Virus record (IMG/VR): IMGVR_UViG_3300027742_000001
Coordinates: 27,914 to 91,913 of that record
Length of the DNA stretch: 64,000 nt
Strand: one strand, 5' to 3'
From: a virus
Shown here: piece by piece, positions 28,907 through 39,123 of the stretch
Position numbering within the stretch: position 1 is the stretch's first letter
Layout of the letters: every line of letters starts with the position of its first letter
Translations under genes and position numbers: made by a program
The notes under the pieces: model-generated
Seen by the model: the letters and a program-made list of their open reading frames with translations, nothing else
Database searches by the model: none
Told to the model about the DNA's origin: nothing

Positions 28907-30103
28907 CTAAGCCTTTTTACTTGCTAAATACATAGCATTTCCACTTGAATCATTATTTGCCATAAATGTTAAATTTTGAGCAACTACACCCTCTGAGTCT
29001 GCTCTTTCAACAGAGGTTCTTGAAATATCTGCAAAGTACATAACAGCAGTATCACCATTACCATTTATCATTTCAATAAATAAAGTAGCACTTGCATTTT
29101 GTTTGAATTTAATTAGCTCTTGTAAATTTTCTAAATCTTTAGAGAAAGAGATTTCAACAGACTTAGATGTAACTAATTTTTGATAAATACCAGTTGTATT
29201 AATACTTTCTCTATCTGCTACTGTGTTATTAATTGCAATAGAAACATCTCTTACTTGTGTAACTGTACTATCAAGACTAAATAAGATATTCTTTACAATA
29301 AATACATTATTAGCATCTCCACAAGTTAAGTTAGGTGGAGTAGGTTGCGATTGAGTATTAATAAATGTTTGTGTTCCATTTGCACTTGAAGAAGTAGTTA
29401 ATAATTCACCTTGTGATAGGTTAAAAGTTAATGAATCAAAAACAATACCTCCAAAGTCAAGTACGGAGTCTGTATCCCCACCTTCATACTGTCTTACAGC
29501 TAAAGGAGCAACATCTTCTCCTAACTTTTGTAATCTATATAAATCATAAGAACCTGTTCCAGTAGTTACTTCAGTAACACTTGTTCCAGCAGTTACATTA
29601 GCCCCTTTTTCGATATAAGTTCCCATAGCATTTTTTATAACTAAATGAGGGTTTAATTTCCCAGCTTCTGTACCAGTTATAGGCAATACTGCAAGTTCAG
29701 CATCAATAGTACCACTATTTCCCTCTTGCCCCGATAAATTTTTACAAGCAACAAGGGATGGACTGAGATTATTTCTCTCTAATGACTCAATAGACATATT
29801 TAAACCTGAAGTTGTTTGAATAAGAACTGCATCAGCATCAACCCAAGCAGAACCAATATCAGCCCATCTATTTGTATCACTAAAATCTTCTGCTGTTAGG
29901 TCAACTCCTGTTTCATCTGCTGTACCTAAGAATCTATAAAGACTCCCACCATCACTAACAATAGTAGCAAGTGTACCTTCAGTTCTAGCTAATAAATCTG
30001 CTGAAATCTCTGTTGAAGCATAATCAGCTGTGCTAGCTTTTGCTTGACCAACAGTAGTTTCTTCACCTATTAGAACAACCGTCTGTTTAATTAATTTTGC
30101 CAT
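28907..30103 (-). CDS. major tail tube protein
   Basis: VLIGEETTVG N-terminus, FGGIVFDSLTFNLSQGE, VSIAINN; position before the chaperones. Confidence 0.85.
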   Translation of the reverse strand: MAKLIKQTVVLIGEETTVGQAKASTADYASTEISADLLARTEGTLATIVSDGGSLYRFLGTADETGVDLTAEDFSDTNRWADIGSAWVDADAVLIQTTSGLNMSIESLERNNLSPSLVACKNLSGQEGNSGTIDAELAVLPITGTEAGKLNPHLVIKNAMGTYIEKGANVTAGTSVTEVTTGTGSYDLYRLQKLGEDVAPLAVRQYEGGDTDSVLDFGGIVFDSLTFNLSQGELLTTSSSANGTQTFINTQSQPTPPNLTCGDANNVFIVKNILFSLDSTVTQVRDVSIAINNTVADRESINTTGIYQKLVTSKSVEISFSKDLENLQELIKFKQNASATLFIEMINGNGDTAVMYFADISRTSVERADSEGVVAQNLTFMANNDSSGNAMYLASKKA

Positions 30104-30144
30104 TAATTTTTCCTTTTAATTTAATTTTAACCCTATTTTTTGTT

Positions 30145-30570
30145 TTAAACATTACTTCTCCACTTCATTAGAAAAGCAAGTTCTCCCTCTTTTTTTGGAT
30201 AACTTGTATCACTATCCCATTCACTTCCGATAAAATCTCTATCTAAAATAATCTTCCAAAGAGGATTATCACTTAAAATAGCTTTTTCAACTTTATCTTG
30301 ATAATCTAAAAATTCTAACTCATCTTTCATATCAAGAAATATTAAAACTCTTATAACCATAACCCTATCATATTCACAACCAACATCAGTTCCCATATTA
30401 CCATTTAATTCAGCACTTGTACCTTCAATCTTTAAATAACAACTTGGAAAAGTATCTTCTTGTGTAAGTGATTTCTTATTACCTATATCTACTTTTTTAA
30501 ATATTTTAGAATACTCTAATATAGATTTTATCTCATTAGCAATATCCCTTGTAGGTATTGTTCTACTCAT
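30145..30570 (-). CDS. tail terminator protein
   Basis: Size, position and FPSCYL motif. Confidence 0.65.
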   Translation of the reverse strand: MSRTIPTRDIANEIKSILEYSKIFKKVDIGNKKSLTQEDTFPSCYLKIEGTSAELNGNMGTDVGCEYDRVMVIRVLIFLDMKDELEFLDYQDKVEKAILSDNPLWKIILDRDFIGSEWDSDTSYPKKEGELAFLMKWRSNV

Positions 30571-30583
30571 ATTTTCCCTTTAA

Positions 30584-31069
30584 TTAATATCTTCTAAGTA
30601 TTTGGTTAACACTAATGTAATATTGGTGTTTAAATATACTTTGTAGTCTTTCAAAATATCCGTTCCACTTACTTAACTTATTACTATTTTGAAGTATCTC
30701 TGCATAGTTATATCTTTTACCTTTATATACTTTATAAACAGTATTTCCATTCTTACCACCATCTAACATATTTGTAGAAGTATGAGTGTAAGTAACTGTA
30801 TTACCTTTTGTTATAAATTTAGCTTCACTAAATGATTCCATTTTAAGGTCTATTAAATTATTTAATAAGTTACCAGTTCTTTTATGTGGATAAGTAGTAA
30901 TGCCATCATTTATATTAGTATTACTTAATCTTCTCTTTTGTTCATTAATAAGTTTACTTTTAAGATTATTAATTGAGTTAACTATATTTTTAACTTTTAC
31001 TTTAAAAACTTTTACCGAAGTATCTTGAATACGTTTTTTTAATTGAGTAAATCCCGTAACCTTTGCCAT
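30584..31069 (-). CDS. tail completion/neck protein (HK97 gp10-like)
   Basis: Basic protein; KVTGFTQLKKR, P.KRTGNL, NYA. Confidence 0.65.
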   Translation of the reverse strand: MAKVTGFTQLKKRIQDTSVKVFKVKVKNIVNSINNLKSKLINEQKRRLSNTNINDGITTYPHKRTGNLLNNLIDLKMESFSEAKFITKGNTVTYTHTSTNMLDGGKNGNTVYKVYKGKRYNYAEILQNSNKLSKWNGYFERLQSIFKHQYYISVNQILRRY

Positions 31070-31077
31070 GTTAAATC

Positions 31078-31842
31078 CTAATAAGTAGTAGCTAAACTAA
31101 TACCTGCATAAGCATAAAATACTGTTAAAAGGTGTTTAGGTATTTCTGAATCTCGGTAAGTTGTTTCTGAACCTTCTTTATCTTGTACTCTTGAAATTAA
31201 ATCTGCTTTAGCTTTTCTTCTATCATATCTTAATTTAATAAGTTCATAAAAAGCCATCTTTAAATCATTCGGTAAAGTATCATATCCTACGTTTAAGTTT
31301 ATAAGAAAAGGTTTCCTTAAATTACTTGGTGTAGTTTCTAGTTCAAATTTGTTGTTATAAATATAATAATCAGTATCTTCTGTAAGTGTTTCTCCTAAAT
31401 ATGTTACTGAATTAACAGTATAAGGATTAATACCAATTCTATAATCTAGTTTATCTTTTCGGGGGAATATTTCAAGGGTAAGTGTATCAGACTCATTAAT
31501 AAAAACATAGTACTTGTAGTTTATTGTAAGTGTTGTATTGTTAGGTATTGAGCCTGAGCTTAAACTTGTAATAGTTCCATCTTCATAATTAACTGTATAA
31601 TCAGTATCTTCAACATAAGTATCAATAGTTAATGATTGTATGTTCTTATGAATGAGTTGAGTTTCGGTATCGTGTACTAATAGTAATGATTCAGAAGTTG
31701 ATTCGGTATCTCTTAACAAAGCTATTCCAAAAGTTGTATATAATTCTCGTAAAACACCTAACATTATACTAGCATACTCAGTATCATTTTTAGATTCATC
31801 AATACTAAAGCTTAATTTAAAATCTGTAAAAGAAGTTTGCAT
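31078..31842 (-). CDS. head-tail adaptor with inserted beta-domains
   Basis: GYDTLPNDLKMA C-terminal motif; two EDTDY inserts. Confidence 0.75.
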   Translation of the reverse strand: MQTSFTDFKLSFSIDESKNDTEYASIMLGVLRELYTTFGIALLRDTESTSESLLLVHDTETQLIHKNIQSLTIDTYVEDTDYTVNYEDGTITSLSSGSIPNNTTLTINYKYYVFINESDTLTLEIFPRKDKLDYRIGINPYTVNSVTYLGETLTEDTDYYIYNNKFELETTPSNLRKPFLINLNVGYDTLPNDLKMAFYELIKLRYDRRKAKADLISRVQDKEGSETTYRDSEIPKHLLTVFYAYAGISLATTY

Positions 31843-31852
31843 TTAATCTCCT

Positions 31853-32122
31853 TTATTTAGCCTCTGTTTTAGCTTTAGTTCTTGGTGTTCTTTTTCTAGT
31901 AGTTTTTGGTTTAGGAGTTTCTTTTTTAGGTTCTTCAATTTTTGTTTCTTGTTTTTCTATCTGTTTTGTTTCTTTGACTTTATCTTCTTTAATTTCTATA
32001 AAAAGATTTGGTTGTTTTAAAAGTTCTTTACCAAGTTCCTCTGAAACTTCTACTTCACAAAATTTCTCGAAGTGAAGTCCATCAGTAATTGTAAGACCTT
32101 TATGTCTATACTTTATCTTCAT
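31853..32122 (-). CDS. small head-associated protein
   Basis: EVEVSEELGKELL followed by a K/E/T/P-rich tail, typical of genes downstream of an MCP. Confidence 0.6.
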   Translation of the reverse strand: MKIKYRHKGLTITDGLHFEKFCEVEVSEELGKELLKQPNLFIEIKEDKVKETKQIEKQETKIEEPKKETPKPKTTRKRTPRTKAKTEAK

Positions 32123-32152
32123 TGCAATCCTTTCGACTGTACTCTATATGTT

Positions 32153-33637
32153 CTATTTTATGTGTTTAATATATACTTTGTTACCACAATCCCAATATCT
32201 TAAGTAATCATTATTCAACATATTTTCATATTCAGTTAGATTAGAATCATATACTTCTAGTTTATCTTTTAACTTATGCTTCATAAACTTTTGTCTATTA
32301 AGTACCTCTAAAGAGCCTTCTTTAAAATAATAATAATTAGGTTTACTTTCATGTGTAAAATAAAAACCTAATGATTCATATAAAGAACCATCAAATATGC
32401 TCTTATCACAATAACTAACTAAAGTTCCTTTAAAGTTTCTTTCAAAGTATTTTAATAACTTACTCGCTCCTCCAATAACTGAAGTGCCTAATTTGTTACA
32501 AAATCTTATAAGTTCATAATCATGTTTATTACTAAATCTAGATTTTCCAAAAGTCATTATTGATACTAAATCATTATTATAAATTAACCCATACTTTAAT
32601 GTGCTTGAAGAATATCCTTGTAAATGATTATCATTAATAAAATCTTTTGCTTCCTTTGTGCTTAACTCAACTAAAGTACATTTTCTAGCATATATTTTAT
32701 TAGTAACAATTCCTAATCTCTTTTTGATTAAATCTTTTATTATGTCTTGTTTATTAATCCATTGGTGTTCAAAGATATGTAATAATTGAATCCCTTTTTG
32801 ATTTGCTACGTTTGTCTTGTTTAAGTGATAATCTTTTGTTTTACCTCTTATACCTTCTGAGTGCCAATACAATCCATTATATTCAAACCCTATTGCTAAA
32901 TCTTCAATATAAACATCTATTTCTTTTAAATCTAAAATTCTACTATTTTGAGTTATCTCTTTATCTGTTAAAGATTGAATAAATTCATATAGTACTATTT
33001 CACCTTTAGATTTAACATTTTGACATCCACAAGAAGTTTTAGAGCCATTTCTTATATAAGTATTTTGCCATTCAAAAACTTCATCACAAAAAGGACATTT
33101 AAACTTAGAGATATATCTATCAAAATCTTTGTGCTTTTTTATATTAGGTTCAACTACCTCAATATTATTTAAAGTTTGACCTTTTTTTGGTTTTTGTTTT
33201 CTTAATGTACACCCACATGATTTTCTACCTTTTTTACTAACCTCTTTAATAGTAGTAATAAAAGAATCTCCACAGTCTACACATTTAAACTTAGCTTTTC
33301 TATCTTTATGACTTGATTCAGTTTTTTCAATAGGAAATAATTCAAGTATCTCTACATTATATTTACCAATCTTTTGTCCTACTTTATACTTATTGTAAGG
33401 TAATTGACACCCACAAGATATTTTAGCATTAGTTCTCCCTCGTATAACGTGGTCTAAACTAGCTTCAAAAGGTTCTTTACAAAAAGGACATTCAAAAATA
33501 GCTCTCTTTTGACTTCTATTTTTACCTTCAGGAATCCAATAATCAGTAAGCATTTTAACTTTCTGAGTTCCTACGTAATCACCTTTATTATATTTTCTAT
33601 TTCTTAGTTTATTTTGCTTATTTTTTTCTGTATCCAA
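32153..33637 (-). CDS. Hef-like homing endonuclease with N-terminal CxxC...SCGC repeats
   Basis: EIDVYI..LAIGFEYNGLYWHS, KIYARKC, NHLQG, ELIRFC..VIGGASKL, WDCG; TTG start; own promoter at about 33659-33693. Confidence 0.85.
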   Translation of the reverse strand: MDTEKNKQNKLRNRKYNKGDYVGTQKVKMLTDYWIPEGKNRSQKRAIFECPFCKEPFEASLDHVIRGRTNAKISCGCQLPYNKYKVGQKIGKYNVEILELFPIEKTESSHKDRKAKFKCVDCGDSFITTIKEVSKKGRKSCGCTLRKQKPKKGQTLNNIEVVEPNIKKHKDFDRYISKFKCPFCDEVFEWQNTYIRNGSKTSCGCQNVKSKGEIVLYEFIQSLTDKEITQNSRILDLKEIDVYIEDLAIGFEYNGLYWHSEGIRGKTKDYHLNKTNVANQKGIQLLHIFEHQWINKQDIIKDLIKKRLGIVTNKIYARKCTLVELSTKEAKDFINDNHLQGYSSSTLKYGLIYNNDLVSIMTFGKSRFSNKHDYELIRFCNKLGTSVIGGASKLLKYFERNFKGTLVSYCDKSIFDGSLYESLGFYFTHESKPNYYYFKEGSLEVLNRQKFMKHKLKDKLEVYDSNLTEYENMLNNDYLRYWDCGNKVYIKHIK

Positions 33638-33726
33638 CTATTAACTCCTTTTTGTTTTACTATAACATAAGGTAGCTTAATAATTACTTAATACAAATAC
33701 TAAGATATTGGGATTGTGGTAACTAA

Positions 33727-33750
33727 ACTAGAAGAAATTAATCTTCTAGT
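33727..33750 (-). terminator. terminator after the major capsid gene
   Basis: actagaaga-6nt-tcttctagt stem. Confidence 0.65.
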
Positions 33751-33756
33751 CTTTTA

Positions 33757-34998
33757 CTAAGCTATATTATATCCTAATACAACATATTTTCTATCTGTAT
33801 CAACTGGGAAGTTAGTTTCAGTACTATCATATAAACCACCAAACCCAACTCTACTTCTCATAGCCCAAGCTTGAGTATCATTTTTGATATTTTCATCAGT
33901 TTTAACAGTTGTAGAACCAGCTTTCATATATGCTTTTAAGAAATCAACATTAGCCATGATTAATGAACCAAATGTATTTGAAGAAGTTTCAATGATTCCA
34001 GTAGCACCAACTTGAGGCATAAAGTCTAGTTGATATAGAGGCATACCATTAAATCTAGTTACAATATCACCATTACTAATGATTTGTCTTTCAAATACAT
34101 CAGTAAATCTTGACATTCTTTGATAAGTTTTAAGGTCAGCAAATAAAGCAACTTTTCCTAAAGAAATTTGAGTATTAGTCATATATTTCCCACCTGAAGT
34201 TTGCATTTCAAATACTTTATCAAGGAATTGTGTATCAGATAGAGTTGAACCCCCAAAGTTTACTTTAGCTTTTTCAAAACCTAATCTTCTGATTCCTTTG
34301 AATTGAGTGATAGGGTTAGAAGCAGTTACAGCATTTCCATCAATATCAGTTTTATCCCAATCAGTACCATCAAATTCAGCTACAACATTGTGTCCATTAG
34401 TAATTGCGTTTTCAAATGCTTCAGCGAAACCTTGTTGCATATCTCTAATAACACCAACAGCTAAATCAATCATAGAATCTTCTAAAGACTCAGTTGAGAT
34501 AACAGCATAAGACATTACTTTATCAACAACATATCTGAAGTGAGTGAAAGTTTGGTCAGAAGCAGTTGCGTCATCACCTTCTCCAACTCTAAATACATTT
34601 AATCTAGTGTCTTGTAATGCTCTAGTAATAGATACATCCATAACTTCTTCCATTGGAATTAATGAAGAAAGTTTAATTGAATTCCAAGCATCTAAAATTA
34701 GTTGCCCTGAAGGTCCTGAAGGAATTAAATCACTAATATCAGAAGTTAAAAGTGATTTAGTAACACCTTTTGTTTCAGCATATGCTAAAATATCTTCTAC
34801 ATCTTCTTGTCCAAAAGACAACCCATTTTTTTCTTTAATAGACTTAACAGCCCAAGCAACATCTAATACTCTCATATCTTCTTTAGTTGCTCTTTTAACA
34901 TTATAAGATGTATAATCTTTTGGAGCATTTGCTTTTGGCATTTTAGTTTCAGCTTTTTGTGAAACTTTCTTTTCAATCATTTTGTCAAATTTAGACAT
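33757..34998 (-). CDS. major capsid protein (HK97 fold)
   Basis: LIPS, RVGEG, ISTESLEDS, FAEAFENAITNG, FKGI, RVGF; follows the protease. Confidence 0.9.
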   Translation of the reverse strand: MSKFDKMIEKKVSQKAETKMPKANAPKDYTSYNVKRATKEDMRVLDVAWAVKSIKEKNGLSFGQEDVEDILAYAETKGVTKSLLTSDISDLIPSGPSGQLILDAWNSIKLSSLIPMEEVMDVSITRALQDTRLNVFRVGEGDDATASDQTFTHFRYVVDKVMSYAVISTESLEDSMIDLAVGVIRDMQQGFAEAFENAITNGHNVVAEFDGTDWDKTDIDGNAVTASNPITQFKGIRRLGFEKAKVNFGGSTLSDTQFLDKVFEMQTSGGKYMTNTQISLGKVALFADLKTYQRMSRFTDVFERQIISNGDIVTRFNGMPLYQLDFMPQVGATGIIETSSNTFGSLIMANVDFLKAYMKAGSTTVKTDENIKNDTQAWAMRSRVGFGGLYDSTETNFPVDTDRKYVVLGYNIA

Positions 34999-35024
34999 TT
35001 ATCTTTCCTTGTTTTAATTTTGTT

Positions 35025-36467
35025 TTAATCTTCTTTTGATAACTCAGCTTCAACATAAGCTTCAATTTCTTCTAACTTAGTTGCTAATTTATCATATGCT
35101 TCTTTTATTTCTTCTGCTGAAGCTTCTTCTAACTTAATATCTAAGATACTAGGTTTTTGAGGAGCAGATTCAACTTTTTGTTCAACATCTTCCTTTGGAG
35201 TTTCCTCTTTTGGAGTGTTATCAGTTGGTTGTTCTGATTGGTTTGTGGAAGTTGGTTCTTCTGAAGTTTTAGCTAAATCTTCTTTTGGTTCTTTCTCTGA
35301 TTGGTTCTCTTTTGAGCTAACTTCTTCTTTCGATTCAGTTGTAGAGGTATTTGTTTCAGATACTTCATTTTCAGATTTAGTTTCTTCATTAGGTTTAGTA
35401 GTTTCACTATTTTCAGTAGGTTTTGTTTCTTCTGTATTTTCCTTTGTTTCAACTTCTTTAGTTTTTGTTTCTTTTCCCATTTCTTTTGTATTCCCTTTTG
35501 TTTCTATTGCTTTTTCTTTAACTTCTGTTATTCTTGCAGATTCTACTTCAACAGTTTGTCTAAATGTTTCCATAGCAGAATTAATATTAGCTAACATTTC
35601 TTCTTTATCAAAACTTTCAGACCATTTAAATTCATAAATATTATCTTGAATAGTTTCTATAAAGTAATTAAACATTTGCCATAAGTTATCATCTATATGC
35701 CAAAACTCATTTTGAGTATCTTCAATAGTAAGACCTTTTATAATCTTTTCTTGAATCTCTTTTAGTTGTTCTTCTTTATTCATTTCTTTCCCTTTTGTTT
35801 CTTTTTCACAAGAACACTCTGAACTTGGATTAGCTTGTTTTAATTGTTCTATTTCACAACTAAATCCTATGCATTTCCCTTTATCATCTATAATTGATTT
35901 GAGTTCTGTTTCTTCTTTTAGTTTTGGAGTATCTACTTGTTCTAACCATTTAGCTACTTCAAGAGCTTCTTTATTAGTTTTAAGACTTTTACTAGTATTT
36001 ATTTTAGCTAAAGGATTGGCTCCGATAACATTACAAATAGATGTTTCATAAATAAAACCTTTTGTAAAAGAAAATATTTCATTTCCATTAATAGTTTTAT
36101 ATTCTGCATCTGTTGCTACAAAACCAATACTCATATCTGTCATAATACCATTCTTAACTGCATAATATACTTTTGGGTTTAATTCTTTATGAATTTCACC
36201 TTTAAGATATGCCCCATCTTTCCTATGTTCTAATGTACATTTACCAACTGCATACTCTTCTTGGTTATGATTAAATAAAAGAGTAGTACAAGTAGATAGG
36301 TCAAAATTAGTTACATCTACCCACTCGTTATCAAAGTCTACTACTGGTTGTCCATTGTGATATGCTTTTGAAGCATAACCTTCAATATAAATTATTTCAT
36401 TATCTACATCTTCCTTTAAGTTTTTAAAGGAAGAGTAAGTTTTGAATTTTACTTCATTTTTACTCAT
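35025..36467 (-). CDS. prohead protease (HK97-type) fused to an acidic scaffold-like region
   Basis: IEGYAS, LLFNH, DMSIGF, YETSIC..GANP; E/K/T-rich C-terminal half; the Met at 36467 follows an AAGGA RBS. Confidence 0.88.
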   Translation of the reverse strand: MSKNEVKFKTYSSFKNLKEDVDNEIIYIEGYASKAYHNGQPVVDFDNEWVDVTNFDLSTCTTLLFNHNQEEYAVGKCTLEHRKDGAYLKGEIHKELNPKVYYAVKNGIMTDMSIGFVATDAEYKTINGNEIFSFTKGFIYETSICNVIGANPLAKINTSKSLKTNKEALEVAKWLEQVDTPKLKEETELKSIIDDKGKCIGFSCEIEQLKQANPSSECSCEKETKGKEMNKEEQLKEIQEKIIKGLTIEDTQNEFWHIDDNLWQMFNYFIETIQDNIYEFKWSESFDKEEMLANINSAMETFRQTVEVESARITEVKEKAIETKGNTKEMGKETKTKEVETKENTEETKPTENSETTKPNEETKSENEVSETNTSTTESKEEVSSKENQSEKEPKEDLAKTSEEPTSTNQSEQPTDNTPKEETPKEDVEQKVESAPQKPSILDIKLEEASAEEIKEAYDKLATKLEEIEAYVEAELSKED

Positions 36468-37389
36468 ATAAACTTTCCTTGTAATTTTGTTTTTCATACT
36501 CTAGAAATTCTTCCCAAGTCATATTACAACCTAGTAACTCAAATATTATCTTAGGATTTTCTCTTTGAGTTAATTCTTTATATAAACTAGTAATATTTTC
36601 TTGTTCTTTATACTCTTCTCCAATTAAATTATTTTTATAGAGATTGTATTCAGCTGTAACTATTTGCATATTTCTTGATATATCTAGCCCACATAAAAAT
36701 AAAGAATTTAAAGGGTAAATATGGTCTACATGGAACTCAATACCTAAAGAAGAGGTTCTTTCCTTCGCCGTTGAGTATAACTCTCTTAAGATAAATTCCT
36801 CTAGCTCTATATATTTAACATATTTTCTTTTATGCTTCCTTCTCTTTCTATTTCTAACAGCATTTCTAGTATTCTCCGTAATTCTAAACTCTTCATCCCT
36901 GAGTCTTCTCTTTTTTATTTGTTCTCTCTTACAGAAATAGCATAAATTCTTCCTACCATGTAATGCTTTAGAGGATTTAACCATATTACTGAGGTCTTCT
37001 TTTGTCTTAGCTTCGTAACCACAACATTTACATTTTCTTAAATATAACCTTATATCACATGATAAGTCTTTATTTTTTCTTTTTAGGAAACATACTTTAC
37101 AAAGATTCCTTCTTCCAAAGATAGTATCATTATTTTCTATGAAAAGAATAAGGGATTTTTCACTTTTAGCCTCTAACCCACAATCACTACATTTTCTTAA
37201 ATAGTCATACTCCTCTAACCATTTTATTTCCTTTCTTTGTAAGCTCTCTTTAATTCTTATATAAGAACATTTTCTACAAAGGTTAACTCTACCATGTTTT
37301 AATTTTTTATTTATTACAAATAAATCTAAATCCTCTTTTGTATAAGCCTCTAATTCACAATCTTTACATTTTCTTAAAGGTTCATACAT
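36460..37389 (-). CDS. HNH homing endonuclease with three Zn-finger repeats
   Basis: Three LRKCxxC.LEA...GRxNLCxxC units; HVDHIYPL...CGL...NMQIV...N..K.N. Confidence 0.85.
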   Translation of the reverse strand: MYEPLRKCKDCELEAYTKEDLDLFVINKKLKHGRVNLCRKCSYIRIKESLQRKEIKWLEEYDYLRKCSDCGLEAKSEKSLILFIENNDTIFGRRNLCKVCFLKRKNKDLSCDIRLYLRKCKCCGYEAKTKEDLSNMVKSSKALHGRKNLCYFCKREQIKKRRLRDEEFRITENTRNAVRNRKRRKHKRKYVKYIELEEFILRELYSTAKERTSSLGIEFHVDHIYPLNSLFLCGLDISRNMQIVTAEYNLYKNNLIGEEYKEQENITSLYKELTQRENPKIIFELLGCNMTWEEFLEYEKQNYKESLYE

Positions 37390-38741
37390 TAACTTACTCC
37401 ATTTTCATCGGGATTATTATTTGCACCACCCATACCTGAAATTTGCTCTACTTCATTTTCAAGGGCTTGTCTTCTATTAATATCTTCTTCAAAATTCTCA
37501 AATCTTATAGGTTGTGAACTTGTAATATAAGTTCCAACATAGTGTTTATCCATAGCTTCTAAATCAATAGTTTCATAACCATTTTGTTCTCTAAATTCAT
37601 TATGAGATATTGCACCAAGTTTGAGTTGTTCTGAAGTAATTTCCATAGTTTCTTTAGCACTTCTTTCAAGTAAACTTAATCCACTAAAATCAATCTCTAT
37701 TGATAGGTTTTTAATATTAAGTATATCTCTTGCATATCTTGTTAAATGTCTACCTAGTCTTAAATACTCAGGTTTTATAGCACATTCAAAAAATATTCTT
37801 GTAGAAAGTCTAACTAACTCTGCGTTACTTGTGTCTGAATAATCACCATTAAAAAACTTAGGCATATTATAAGCTTCTAAAACAGTTTTATTAAGTTTTA
37901 CTAAAAAATTAACAACATCTGTTGAAGCTAAACTCTCAGATATTTCTTTAATAGAAAGTTTCTCAGCATTTAACATTAAAGCTTTCTGTTTAGGATTATA
38001 TAAGAACTTATTCAAAGCCTCTAATATATCATCTTGTTGTGATGGACTCATTGGTTCATCAGTTCCTACAACAACAGCTTTTTTAGCACCACTTGCAATA
38101 TAGCCATCAACATAGTCACCCATATTAAGTATTCTTGAAATTTCTTCATTTAAGGATTGTAATCTTGAAACACCGTATAGTAAGTTACTTGAAGTTAAAG
38201 GCTTTCTAATAAATATAACATCATCATAATTATAAGTAGTTTCTGTTCCTTGTGTACTTGTATAAGTAAAGGTTTCAATAGTTTGTTTACCTGTTGTATT
38301 AGGGTTAGCTTTCCATGATTTATTATCTGCAATAAAGAAATCTACTTTACCTTGTCTATAAGGGTATTTACTTTCTTCGGGAATTATTAAAACATTATCA
38401 TAAGCTTTAATTTGACCAAAATAATTATATAAAAAAGAACTAACATCATCAATATCATTCATAAACATTGTATCAAATTGTTTAGGATTAAGTATTAATT
38501 TCTTTTTTCCTTTTGAATCTACTTTATAGAACTTAATGTTTGCACCACTAGCTAATTCAGCAGTTGTAGCTAATACGTTCCGTAAAGAAGATACTTGATT
38601 AATCCATTTACTATAAACATGATAACCAATAGGTTTATTTTGTCCGTTTGTATAACTATTATAATCAGTAGCCATTAAGGGATTTTTTGTTACTTTAGGT
38701 TTAGCTGATTTACTTGAATTAAATGCTTGTTTAAGTATCAT
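37389..38741 (-). CDS. portal protein (HK97-like)
   Basis: DVIFIR...LYGVSRL, VLEAYNMP, IKP, GAISHNEFREQNGY. Confidence 0.88.
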   Translation of the reverse strand: MILKQAFNSSKSAKPKVTKNPLMATDYNSYTNGQNKPIGYHVYSKWINQVSSLRNVLATTAELASGANIKFYKVDSKGKKKLILNPKQFDTMFMNDIDDVSSFLYNYFGQIKAYDNVLIIPEESKYPYRQGKVDFFIADNKSWKANPNTTGKQTIETFTYTSTQGTETTYNYDDVIFIRKPLTSSNLLYGVSRLQSLNEEISRILNMGDYVDGYIASGAKKAVVVGTDEPMSPSQQDDILEALNKFLYNPKQKALMLNAEKLSIKEISESLASTDVVNFLVKLNKTVLEAYNMPKFFNGDYSDTSNAELVRLSTRIFFECAIKPEYLRLGRHLTRYARDILNIKNLSIEIDFSGLSLLERSAKETMEITSEQLKLGAISHNEFREQNGYETIDLEAMDKHYVGTYITSSQPIRFENFEEDINRRQALENEVEQISGMGGANNNPDENGVS

Positions 38742-39103
38742 TATAAAACCTTTGTTTCATAACTATCATAATGATTATAATAAACATTACCATTTGTATC
38801 TGTTATTTTTATAAGTGCTTGTACTTGTTCATATTCCTCAGTAAATTCTAAAGTAACACTTTCTTCATAAATATTTATGTTATCAGAATCTTGTGTTAAA
38901 GTTGTCCAATCTAATAAAGTAACTGGGTCTCCTCCTCTTTCCTCTGAAGGTGCTTCAATCTTAATTTCTACTGTTGAAACTTCTGTTGCTGAAATAGTAT
39001 CTGCAACTAAAAACTTAAGTAGGTTTTGTGTACTTCCTCCTACCAAAAACTTATCGCTTAGTAGCTCTGAGGAAAAATACACTTTATCAAATAATCTTTT
39101 CAT
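38741..39103 (-). CDS. hypothetical virion-related protein
   Basis: Beta-rich 120-aa protein between TerL and portal. Confidence 0.65.
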   Translation of the reverse strand: MKRLFDKVYFSSELLSDKFLVGGSTQNLLKFLVADTISATEVSTVEIKIEAPSEERGGDPVTLLDWTTLTQDSDNINIYEESVTLEFTEEYEQVQALIKITDTNGNVYYNHYDSYETKVL

Positions 39104-39123
39104 ATATTTCCTTTCTCGTAGCC

